The notes beneath the pieces are model-generated. The model had not been told where the DNA came from, searched no databases, and saw only the letters and a program-made list of their open reading frames with translations. DNA of 32,000 nucleotides from the NCBI RefSeq assembly GCF_008000775.2, contig NZ_CP042905.2:2760001-2792000 (forward strand), in the 5' to 3' direction. The position numbers and the translations under genes were made by a program. This DNA is from Promethearchaeum syntrophicum. Its GTDB lineage: Archaea > Asgardarchaeota > Lokiarchaeia > Sigyniarchaeales > Promethearchaeaceae. Each line of letters begins with the position of its first letter. Position 1 is the first letter of the stretch. Shown in pieces: positions 15,571-23,779 of the stretch.

Positions 15571-16680
15571 ATGGTAAAGTTTTCGTTACTTTATATTGAA
15601 GATAAAATAGATATGATAGGAGATTTAGAAACTCCACTAAAAAAACGATATGATAAAGATATTGAATTTTCATTTGAATCAGATTTTGACGTAGCTAAAA
15701 ATACTGTAAATGATAAGATCTTTGATATTGTTGTGATAGATGTTAAAGATGGATTAGGTAATTATTCTGGGCTTGACATATACGAAAAAGTATTAGAATA
15801 TGGCTTAGTTCACACTATTTTTTTTACTGGGTTCCTTTCGGATATTAAAAAAACAAAAATTGAAGAATCTGATTATTGTTCAATTATTGAAAAAAATACT
15901 AGTGGAAGAGATAATATTTTGAAAAAGATTGATGAAATCATAAATTCAGAACTATTTCTATTTAAGAAAGAAATCATTATTTTAACAAACAAATCTATCA
16001 GAGAATCAATAGATGTCCTTTTTAATCTTTGGCAAAATAGTAATTTTACTAAAGATGAAAAAAAGAAATTAATAATCAATAGGCTTTCACATACTGTACT
16101 CAATAATAATAATTTTGATAGGAAATCAAATTCTGATTATTTCATTTTTCCACCGTTAAAAAATTCAAATGCAAATTTTCAGATGGGAGATATTGTATAT
16201 CCGAAAAGTGAGAATGAAATGCCTCAAAATCAAAGGAATTATTACATTATTCTCAATAGAGATTGTTCATTAACACTAGTTAATCCACGAAAAGGAAAAG
16301 AACCTTTACCAAAAACGGAAAAGATATTATTTGCTTCTATTTTCGAATTACGTGAATTATGGGAAAATTATTATACTCGGTTAGAAATAAAAACAAAAAA
16401 AAGAAAAAGTAAAAAATCATTCCTAATGGAAATTTTAGCCCAAAAGATATCGAGATTCTTTCTAATTCCTTTTGATTTCATTTCCAATAAAGTTCTTATT
16501 GATTTTGAAAATTTAACCAGTTTGGATTACGTCCATTTTTCAAATGAGTATGAAGTGATTACTAGTTTAGTTGATGATTTTCGACATAGAATTAATCAAA
16601 GATTTTCACTACATTATTCCTCAATTGGCTATGCAGATTTTGATGAAAATACATTAATTCAAAGTTTATTAGATCCCTAA
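15571..16680 (+). CDS. Response regulator: canonical receiver (REC) domain fused to a ~240 aa unassigned output domain
   Basis: REC landmarks sit at CheY-like positions: E10-D11 (LLYIED), D57 (DIVVID57V), T86 (IFFT86G), K108 (SIIEK108). The gene starts 6 nt after the kinase stop. The C-terminal region (GDIVYPKSENE...YYIILNRDCSL...ILFASIFEL...) has no motif I can assign. Confidence 0.7.
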   Translation: MVKFSLLYIEDKIDMIGDLETPLKKRYDKDIEFSFESDFDVAKNTVNDKIFDIVVIDVKDGLGNYSGLDIYEKVLEYGLVHTIFFTGFLSDIKKTKIEESDYCSIIEKNTSGRDNILKKIDEIINSELFLFKKEIIILTNKSIRESIDVLFNLWQNSNFTKDEKKKLIINRLSHTVLNNNNFDRKSNSDYFIFPPLKNSNANFQMGDIVYPKSENEMPQNQRNYYIILNRDCSLTLVNPRKGKEPLPKTEKILFASIFELRELWENYYTRLEIKTKKRKSKKSFLMEILAQKISRFFLIPFDFISNKVLIDFENLTSLDYVHFSNEYEVITSLVDDFRHRINQRFSLHYSSIGYADFDENTLIQSLLDP

Positions 16681-16798
16681 TTTGGTCCTAGCATTATTCG
16701 CAGATGTACTTATAATTTTTTCCCTTGATTTCTTTTTTTTTTAACAATCGAAAGCTAATGCTATTAACTTTATTATCAAAAAATTATCTCTAGATATT

Positions 16799-18166
16799 TT
16801 ACATTGTTTTATGTTTAACTGTTTCCTCATATTTATCAATATAATATTTTAACAGAATAAACGTGAGTATTGTATCTACAACAATCCCTATACTAAAGAG
16901 AATCGCAATGGAATCCAGAGTTGGAACGAAAATATTCATTTGAAAGAGCACAAAAGCCGTTCCATACACTACCACGTTGGTGATAATTGTTTGGATTGCG
17001 AGTGATTCGGTTTTCCCGATAGCATAGAAAAGGGCATCCGCAACGGTATTGTACACAAATGAAATATACGCCGGGAGCAAAATTACCACTAATCGGAACA
17101 CAACTTGAGCGTTATCTACATTCAAGACTGTGCTAAAAAACCAGGACCATCCGGGCATTGTGATTCCCCAGAGAAAAATGACCCCCGTGCAGACTAAATA
17201 ATACGGTTTCATGATTCCTGTTAATTTTTTGGGGGATGTGGTTGCAATCGATTGTTTAACTATATCCGTGAGGGGGTAGACAGGAAGTAGCAACCAAGTC
17301 CAAATGAAGTTATTCGCGACCCAGTAGGTCCCTTGTTCTGCAATAACATTCATCATCCGGATTATAAAAATCATATAGAAGAGATTGCGAATAAAAGAAT
17401 CAACGGCGGAGTATCCACCTACTTTTCCCCATTCTTTGAACCACGTATAATTCGTTTTTTCCCGTAATTCATGCTTTTTGATATCAAATTCTTTGAGAGT
17501 GCTTCTAATCGTAATTATGACTAAGATGAAAAAGGTAATAATGTTGGAGAAAGCAATCCCATTCACCCCTAAATTTAATGAAACGGGCAAACTACTTATA
17601 AAAAGAGTATCTAAAAGAACAGAACATACCATTTGCACAATCAATAATATATAAATGGTTTTTCGCTTCGAATAAAGAATAAACAGTATGAACATAAATT
17701 TGAAGATACTTCTCAAGAGTAAAGCAATGAGTTCCAAGCGGATGTATTCGATTGTAGAAGCAATTAGCAAAGGATCTTGAGCCATAAGCTCAACAAAGAA
17801 TTTTGCGAAGATTCCAACTATAATCAAAATAAGCAGATGGATACATACCGTAAAGATTAATCCGGATTTTACTTTGTTAATTGTTTCTTGTCGATTCTGA
17901 ACCGTTTTTCCAATAATATAGAAAAGGGGCAAAATGAGACCTTCTTGGATCACTTCTAAAATTAAGCTGATCCAAACCAGTTGCGAGGCAATATTAACTC
18001 CCCATGCATTGGGAAGGTCGCCTAAGAAATAAATTCGTAAAGTTAAATATAACGTTGGGAGTAAATTCGTTAGAAATACTGAAAGATATAACTTCCAGGG
18101 TAAATTTTTCACAGATGATAATATTGGTGATTTTTCTTTTAAGTTTTTATTTTTCATAGTAATCAA
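16799..18166 (-). CDS. Polytopic membrane transporter, probably MATE/MOP superfamily (about 12 TM segments)
   Basis: The protein is 455 aa and hydrophobic throughout, with about 12 predicted helices. Its size and N-terminal pattern (LPTLYLTLRIYFLGDLP...GVNIASQLVW) are typical of MATE/MOP exporters. GC looks clearly higher than in the block to the left. Confidence 0.5.
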   Translation of the reverse strand: MITMKNKNLKEKSPILSSVKNLPWKLYLSVFLTNLLPTLYLTLRIYFLGDLPNAWGVNIASQLVWISLILEVIQEGLILPLFYIIGKTVQNRQETINKVKSGLIFTVCIHLLILIIVGIFAKFFVELMAQDPLLIASTIEYIRLELIALLLRSIFKFMFILFILYSKRKTIYILLIVQMVCSVLLDTLFISSLPVSLNLGVNGIAFSNIITFFILVIITIRSTLKEFDIKKHELREKTNYTWFKEWGKVGGYSAVDSFIRNLFYMIFIIRMMNVIAEQGTYWVANNFIWTWLLLPVYPLTDIVKQSIATTSPKKLTGIMKPYYLVCTGVIFLWGITMPGWSWFFSTVLNVDNAQVVFRLVVILLPAYISFVYNTVADALFYAIGKTESLAIQTIITNVVVYGTAFVLFQMNIFVPTLDSIAILFSIGIVVDTILTFILLKYYIDKYEETVKHKTM

Positions 18167-18283
18167 TCTTACTTTTTTAGTTGTTTGAGTAAATTAAAAA
18201 AAGATTGGATTGCTCCAATCATAATGGAAATTAGAAATTTATTTTATTTTGGAATTATTCTTCGATATACATTCCATTTTCAA

Positions 18284-18466
18284 TTACTTCGATCTTTTGT
18301 ATTCTGGATGATTGGGATTCAATTGATTTGCTCGATTATCCCGACTTGCCTTTTCCGCATTATTATTTGGATTGAAGTTATCAGATCGATCGTCATTTGA
18401 ACTTCTTTTTTGTTCAGTCATTTTCTTATACACCTCCTTCAGAGTTAGTTTAAAAGTTTCAATCAT
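18284..18466 (-). CDS. Small hydrophilic protein with a duplicated Asn-Pro-Asn motif (hypothetical)
   Basis: ...SNDDRSDNFNPNNNAEKASRDNRANQLNPNHPEYKRSK contains two copies of N-x-NPN(N/H). An alternative start at Met16 gives MTEQKR..., 45 aa. It overlaps a hydrophobic plus-strand ORF (18185..18400, TTG start), which I consider less likely. Confidence 0.35.
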   Translation of the reverse strand: MIETFKLTLKEVYKKMTEQKRSSNDDRSDNFNPNNNAEKASRDNRANQLNPNHPEYKRSK

Positions 18467-18486
18467 CTCATATCAAAGTTGAATTA

Positions 18487-18708
18487 TCAATTGTTTCGAT
18501 AATGATATTTGATATTGATTTCAGACTTTTTTCCCCAGCGTAAAAAGGCATTCAAATTTTCAGGATCGGCTTTATCACATTTATTATAGACTGAATAAAT
18601 CAATTCTTTTAATAGATCTAGTATATTATTCTTTTTTTCTATTCTCATGATATACACCTTGATGTACTGGTTATTACCTATGAGATTAAGTCTATCATGA
18701 TTTACCAT
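18487..18708 (-). CDS. Hypothetical small protein
   Basis: The only evidence is the ORF itself (73 aa, or 53 aa from the internal MRIEKKNN...). It is on the same strand as, and just upstream of, the NPN-motif ORF. No motifs were seen. Confidence 0.2.
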   Translation of the reverse strand: MVNHDRLNLIGNNQYIKVYIMRIEKKNNILDLLKELIYSVYNKCDKADPENLNAFLRWGKKSEINIKYHYRNN

Positions 18709-19181
18709 AAGTTTCTAATTAACATCAGAAACTGACCTAATCTAACATATATGTAAATTTGAGATATATAAATTTTATGTTAATTTCAAATCAGGTTAGT
18801 TTCGTTAAAGATTAATAAAAAGTTCAGATAAAAATTTAAATTCAATAATTTTAAAGAATTAAATAAATTCTGTTAAAAAATTATTCTGAAAACCAAAAGA
18901 TTGCCCAATTATTATTGGAAAAGAAAATTATTAAGCCTTCTTCAAAGTATATTTTGGTTGATCCAACATTCTGCCTGGTGTGCGAGGTTCAAAATTTGAA
19001 TTCAATTGAATGCTACTGAAATTGCTTTTATTTTATTAACATCTTTTTTTCCTTATCTCGTCAACTCCTTATGTAATTATTCTTTAGGAGAAAATCTAAA
19101 TCACTAAACTAAAATCAATGAAATTAGGCAATCTATGATTAAATCGAAAAAAAAAAGAAATCGAAAAAAGGAGTACGCGGG

Positions 19182-20168
19182 TTACTTATTTCTTATTTTC
19201 ATCAACCTAGTATTGAAAGCTGCTTGGGATTCTGTTAAAATCATAATACCTTCAATTAATCCAAGTAAACCGGGAATGAAAGTCCAAGATAGGCAAAAAT
19301 AGACAATTCCTAAGGTTGTATCTCCCATATAAAATTTATGGACACCTAAATCACCAAATAATAGTGCCAATAATCCAGATACATTTTGTTGTGGATCGGA
19401 AGATTGAAGGGGGTTTGTTGAAGGTGTGGTAGGAGAATAATTAGGAGGAATTATTGTATTTTGAGAAGAGATATCTTGTTGTTGATGAGATTCTGGAGGA
19501 TTTTGAACTGCATCCTTCCCGATAAGCAACTCCCATTTTATCTCATCGAATCGACCGATTATGTATCCATCATGAATTTTCTTCAGAATGATTTTCTTGG
19601 CTTTTAATGGAGCAATATTACATGATATAGCCAGATTATTAATCTGAATTACTTTTTCGGTTTGTATTAATTCCATTAATTTTTTATCAAAGCAAGATTT
19701 CTTTCCAAATGCCATTGTCTTAATTTCTTCATTATTTAGTTTAAATAGCGAATGATAGGTTTTATACCAATAAAAGTATATTATAAAGGTTGGTAAGAAG
19801 GGTAGAACCCCAAACGCAATTATTCCTGCCCAAAAATTAATTCCTGAGCAATAATCTATTATTTTTATAATATCCCAAATAAAAACTGCTGGAAAAAAGA
19901 TTCGTAGAATTATTTTGATCTGGTTAATGATTATTTTTGATACACCTTTTGTTGTTAGAACTAGATTTAAAATAATGAGGTATGTAATCAAAATAATATA
20001 TAATGAATAACTGGGAGGAGGAGTAGGAGAAAGAACATAAATAAATTTAAACAGAATTATAAAGACGATATTTATAAAAAAAAATACAATAATCGACTTT
20101 TTCGGGATTATTATAGAAGAGGGTGATATATTTTTTTTTGTGGACATTATTATGCACTTTTTAATCAA
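19182..20168 (-). CDS. Multi-pass membrane protein with a central wHTH-like module, a Pro/Ser/Thr/Gln linker and a C-terminal TM2 domain (paralog A)
   Basis: The C-terminal TM2-type motif is GLLALLFGDLGVHKFYMGDTTLGIVYFCLSWTFIPGLLGLIEG. Alignment with paralog B (30035..30961) indicates the real start is Met8 at nt 20147 (MSTKKNISPSS...). Confidence 0.75.
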   Translation of the reverse strand: MIKKCIIMSTKKNISPSSIIIPKKSIIVFFFINIVFIILFKFIYVLSPTPPPSYSLYIILITYLIILNLVLTTKGVSKIIINQIKIILRIFFPAVFIWDIIKIIDYCSGINFWAGIIAFGVLPFLPTFIIYFYWYKTYHSLFKLNNEEIKTMAFGKKSCFDKKLMELIQTEKVIQINNLAISCNIAPLKAKKIILKKIHDGYIIGRFDEIKWELLIGKDAVQNPPESHQQQDISSQNTIIPPNYSPTTPSTNPLQSSDPQQNVSGLLALLFGDLGVHKFYMGDTTLGIVYFCLSWTFIPGLLGLIEGIMILTESQAAFNTRLMKIRNK

Positions 20169-20190
20169 TAATATTAGCTAATAATTCACT

Positions 20191-20204
20191 TTAATGTATT
20201 TAAT
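20191..20204 (-). promoter_or_regulatory. Conserved upstream element TTAATGTATTTAAT (plus-strand reading) shared by both TM2 paralogs; candidate BRE/TATA promoter
   Basis: The identical 14-mer occurs at 20191-20204 and 31004-31017. It lies 44 and 43 nt upstream of the aligned ATGs (20147 and 30961). On the coding strand it reads ATTAAATACATTAA. Confidence 0.4.
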
Positions 20205-20299
20205 ATTTATTCAATTTGATTTTTGAAGTCTTCATATTCCAGATTTGTAATTTTGATGATATTTTTCACAGATTATGACTTCTTTAGTAAATTATTGAA

Positions 20300-20791
20300 T
20301 TAGGAATCTTTCCCCCGAGTTATTTGTCTGTAAAAGCGAATTGATAATACCATCACTAAGACCAAACTGAGAATTGCTAAAATCAGCCCAAAATTCCATA
20401 GCCCAAGCAATATTATCACACCCTCAGATATTAAAGTGTTACCAATCAAGAAAATCAAGAAAAAGACACTGGGAACGAATTTATTACCAATAATATAATG
20501 ATTCATTACTACCTTGAGTGGAACTTGGCGAATTTCAGCATATTTCTGATGAATTCGATATTTACTTCCTTGCAATTTTTCAATTGCGCCTTTTTCCAGC
20601 AATTTTTGGATATGCCAATGCGTACTCCCGACACTTGTAAAATCAACCCCCCGTTTTATTTCACGGACTCCGACAGGTGTTTTTTGGGTGCGTAAAAAAA
20701 GAAAAATTCTGGTCACTTGTTCATTTACCAGAATTTGACTTAAAGCGGAGCTAATTTCTCCATCATGGGCCACGTACTCGGATTGTGCCAT
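20300..20791 (-). CDS. Membrane-anchored winged-helix (ArsR/TrmB-like) transcriptional regulator
   Basis: The N-terminal wHTH is RIFLFLRTQKTPVGVREIKRGVDFTSVGSTHWHIQKLLEKGAIEKLQGSKYRI. Two C-terminal hydrophobic helices follow (FVPSVFFLIFLIGNTLI, LILAILSLVLVMVLSI). Confidence 0.6.
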   Translation of the reverse strand: MAQSEYVAHDGEISSALSQILVNEQVTRIFLFLRTQKTPVGVREIKRGVDFTSVGSTHWHIQKLLEKGAIEKLQGSKYRIHQKYAEIRQVPLKVVMNHYIIGNKFVPSVFFLIFLIGNTLISEGVIILLGLWNFGLILAILSLVLVMVLSIRFYRQITRGKDS

Positions 20792-20812
20792 TATCCATCA
20801 CATCATAATTGA

Positions 20813-21346
20813 TTAGAAAATCCCCAAGAATTTGGTAATTAAAACATTATCCCGAGCAGATGACGTAGTATCTCGTTCATCAAAGTTCATGGCACGTGCT
20901 TCAAGCCCAATCATATATGAATCAGGAATAAAATTATCTGCGGAATTACGAATGCTAATGGTATCTCCAGAGATTTCTACATAAGAGCCATAATTATATT
21001 CCCGTTCTGCTTCCACATCGATATCGACATAATAGACATGTGCGCCTTCATTGGCAGCAGATTTAGCCACAATAAAGAGTTGGTAGGTCGCGTTGGTTTC
21101 ACTAATAATTCCATCAACGATAAGATAAAGTATTAATTGGTCGTCTTCAAGATACGAGCCATATTCGATGATATCGATATTTGGATCTAAGGCGTCTCCA
21201 GATTCATCATATAGCTGATGAGTATAGTTATGTTGTGGAACCATCACAAATGCAGGGTTGATTGCATAGCTTGTCCCGATTGCGGCGGAGAATATCAAAG
21301 TCGAAACGATGATACTTTTCAAATAGGTCAATGAAATGGAGTTCAT
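20813..21346 (-). CDS. Secreted or membrane-anchored acidic protein of unknown function
   Basis: The N-terminal signal or anchor is MNSISLTYLKSIIVSTLIFSAAIGTSYA. The remainder is acidic and looks beta-rich. The gene ends 21 nt upstream of the wHTH gene on the same strand. Confidence 0.55.
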   Translation of the reverse strand: MNSISLTYLKSIIVSTLIFSAAIGTSYAINPAFVMVPQHNYTHQLYDESGDALDPNIDIIEYGSYLEDDQLILYLIVDGIISETNATYQLFIVAKSAANEGAHVYYVDIDVEAEREYNYGSYVEISGDTISIRNSADNFIPDSYMIGLEARAMNFDERDTTSSARDNVLITKFLGIF

Positions 21347-21677
21347 TAAAAATGAAGAGTCATGTTTTCTATATAAATGTATACTCTAAACAGGTCCGTC
21401 TAGAGTCTGAACATACAATCGAATAATGTAGATTAACAATGAATTTGATAACCGCTTATAAAATTTAGAAAAGCTGCAAAAAAGTTGAAAAAATTGGAGA
21501 GATTAAAAATTTAAAAGTATCAAAAAAAAAAATGAAATAAAATCGCGTTCAATCCTGTCATTTACGAAAAAATCGAGCAGTGAAGAAATTAAAATGGAGA
21601 TCTGCACGTTTATTTAAACATAAATTATTGAGAACAAAAAACGAAGCTCTTTTTAACAAAATTGATAAATACTACCT

Positions 21678-22637
21678 ATGAATAAAAAGCCAAGTGATGA
21701 ACAGTGGTTGTTAAATCCAAAGGGAATTCGATCGATAACAGTTAAAGACGACATTCTTGTATCGGGAAGTGAAGCTGGAGAGATAATGATATGGCCTTGG
21801 CCTTTAAAACCATCATCTTCGCGTAAACAAAAAGTATCCTTTGATTTTGGACGCCGTACGTTTGGAAAACCGAAACAGCAGAAGACTGTGAAATGTTTGG
21901 TACCGCAAATGCGCGCGAGTTATATTGTCACCCAGAATGGAGAAGAATTTATTAATGCCATAGATATCGCAGGGGATAAAATTGCGGTAGCGTCGGGTGA
22001 TTATATGGCGCGAATTTATAATAAATCTTCTAATGAGTTAGTAGCGGATTTTTGGACAATGAAACCAATGCATTCGGTGGCCATTTCTGACAAATATTGT
22101 GCCTATTCTTCCCGAGAGGGGAGTGGAATTGTCACATTACCAACTATGGAGGTAATTGATGAATCTCATGATTTTTACGGGAAATATTACTTACGGAATT
22201 TGGCGATCAAAAATGAGTGGGTTATTGGCGGATCGTATGAGGGGATAACAGTTTTTGATATCAAAAGTGGGGAGTTGGTCTATAACCTGACCACGGGGAT
22301 AGAAGAAAGCGAACAAAGATCTTTTGTGCAAAAGTTTTCAATTAATGGAGATTATATTGTTGGAAATGGAACCCAAAATCAAATTTTCATCTGGGATTTA
22401 AATACAGGAGATCAAGTTACGAAATTTCCAGGTCCTCCGATTCATATCTCTTCAGTGATAATGGGAGGAGATCTAGTAGCAGCAGCTAATATCGATGGAA
22501 AGGTGTTTGTCTGGGATTTAAAAACTGGAGAAAAAATTGCTGAATTAGAATCGACTTTAGGATTTTGTAATGATTTGTTGATACATACGGGGAAATTGGG
22601 ACTGGCGAGTTCAATTTTGGAAATCTGGAATTTATAA
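21678..22637 (+). CDS. WD40/beta-propeller-like protein (tandem paralog 1)
   Basis: About 320 aa with repeated blade-ending motifs (GEIMIWPW, QIFIWDL, GKVFVWDLKTGEKI, LEIWNL). By eye it is about 65-70% identical to the next gene. Confidence 0.7.
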   Translation: MNKKPSDEQWLLNPKGIRSITVKDDILVSGSEAGEIMIWPWPLKPSSSRKQKVSFDFGRRTFGKPKQQKTVKCLVPQMRASYIVTQNGEEFINAIDIAGDKIAVASGDYMARIYNKSSNELVADFWTMKPMHSVAISDKYCAYSSREGSGIVTLPTMEVIDESHDFYGKYYLRNLAIKNEWVIGGSYEGITVFDIKSGELVYNLTTGIEESEQRSFVQKFSINGDYIVGNGTQNQIFIWDLNTGDQVTKFPGPPIHISSVIMGGDLVAAANIDGKVFVWDLKTGEKIAELESTLGFCNDLLIHTGKLGLASSILEIWNL

Positions 22638-22754
22638 GTTGCCTTTTAAATAATCTATAAAAAACTGAGAAAAGGTGAATCAAATATTGGCATTGATAGT
22701 AAAAAAAAAAAATCCCAAAAGTATAAAGTAAAAAAATAAAGCCTTTTTTAAAAG

Positions 22755-23738
22755 TTGAACAAAATAATTACTATGAAAAAAAAGACAAGTGATGAACAAT
22801 GGTTATTAAATCCCAAGGGAATTATGTCAATTGCAGCAAAAAATGACATTCTTGCCTCAGGGAGTGGAGTTGGACATATGATGACATGGTTTTGGCCTTT
22901 AATACCACGAACTTCACGGAAACAGAAAGGAATTTTTGAATATGGGCGTCGAACATACGGAGCCCCGCAACAAACTAAGACCATTGATTGCCAATTACCT
23001 CGAATGCGCAATAGTTATATTGTAACCGAAGAACAAGAAGAATTTATCAATGCTATTGATATTGCAGGAGATAAAATTGCAGTTGCTTCTGGGGATTATA
23101 TGGCACGGATTTTTAATTCCACAACAGGAGAAAAAGTTACAGATTTCTGGGCGATGAAACCGATGCATTCAGTCGCAATTTCCGATAAATATTGTGCTTA
23201 TTCTTCACGAGATGGGTGCGGGATAGTAGCAATACCATCTATGGATGTGATTGAAAGTGATCAAGATTTTTATGGAAAGTATTATCTGAGAAATTTAGCA
23301 ATTAAAGATGAATGGTTAATCGGTGGATCCTTTGGAGGAATAACAGTTTTTAATATAAAAAATGGGGATTTGATATATGATCTTAAAACTGGATTGGATC
23401 AAAGAGGAATGGGATCTAATCAACAGAATCTAGCTGTAAATGGAGATTTTATTGTAGGAAATGGCTTTCAAAATCAAATTTGTGCTTGGAATCTAAAAAA
23501 TGGAGAACAAATAGGTAAATTTCAAGGTCCTCCTGGTTATTTAGATGCGGTAGCTATTGAGAATGAAATAGTTGCTGCAGCTAATCTTGATGGAGCGGTG
23601 TTTGTGTGGAACTTAAACTCTGGAGAAAAAATTGCTGAACTGGAATCTTCATTGGGATATTGCAATAGATTGCTTATAGACAAAGGGAAAGTAGGAGTGG
23701 CGAGTTTTATATTAGAAATTTGGAATTTTGATAAGTAG
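22755..23738 (+). CDS. WD40/beta-propeller-like protein (tandem paralog 2)
   Basis: Same architecture as 21678..22637. The tracked start is a TTG. The ATG at 22773 (MKKKTSDEQWLLNPKG) aligns with the start of paralog 1 (MNKKPSDEQWLLNPKG) and is more likely. Confidence 0.7.
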   Translation: MNKIITMKKKTSDEQWLLNPKGIMSIAAKNDILASGSGVGHMMTWFWPLIPRTSRKQKGIFEYGRRTYGAPQQTKTIDCQLPRMRNSYIVTEEQEEFINAIDIAGDKIAVASGDYMARIFNSTTGEKVTDFWAMKPMHSVAISDKYCAYSSRDGCGIVAIPSMDVIESDQDFYGKYYLRNLAIKDEWLIGGSFGGITVFNIKNGDLIYDLKTGLDQRGMGSNQQNLAVNGDFIVGNGFQNQICAWNLKNGEQIGKFQGPPGYLDAVAIENEIVAAANLDGAVFVWNLNSGEKIAELESSLGYCNRLLIDKGKVGVASFILEIWNFDK

Positions 23739-23779
23739 GATTAAAAAAAAAATATCTAAATAAACCTCAAAAAAAAAAT

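Noticed and set aside
18185-18400. A 71-aa plus-strand hydrophobic ORF (TTG start) overlapping the NPN-motif ORF.
   Set aside because: It has a non-ATG start and no upstream partner, and it overlaps a minus-strand ORF with an internally repeated motif. Neither is certain, but I rank this one lower.
18954-19000. TTGGTTGATCC...CTGCC resembles the 5' end of archaeal 16S rRNA (TTCCGGTTGATCCTGCC), and GAGGTTCAAAAT resembles a tRNA T-arm. I considered an rRNA or tRNA fragment, or an integration att site.
   Set aside because: The similarity stops after about 11 nt. No complementary T-stem, acceptor stem or anticodon arm can be drawn. No second copy of the string occurs in the window. It is most likely chance.
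22748-23011. An 87-aa minus-strand ORF overlapping the start of WD40 paralog 2.
   Set aside because: It is antisense to a gene whose protein is strongly conserved with its tandem paralog. It has no motifs and its composition is implausible.
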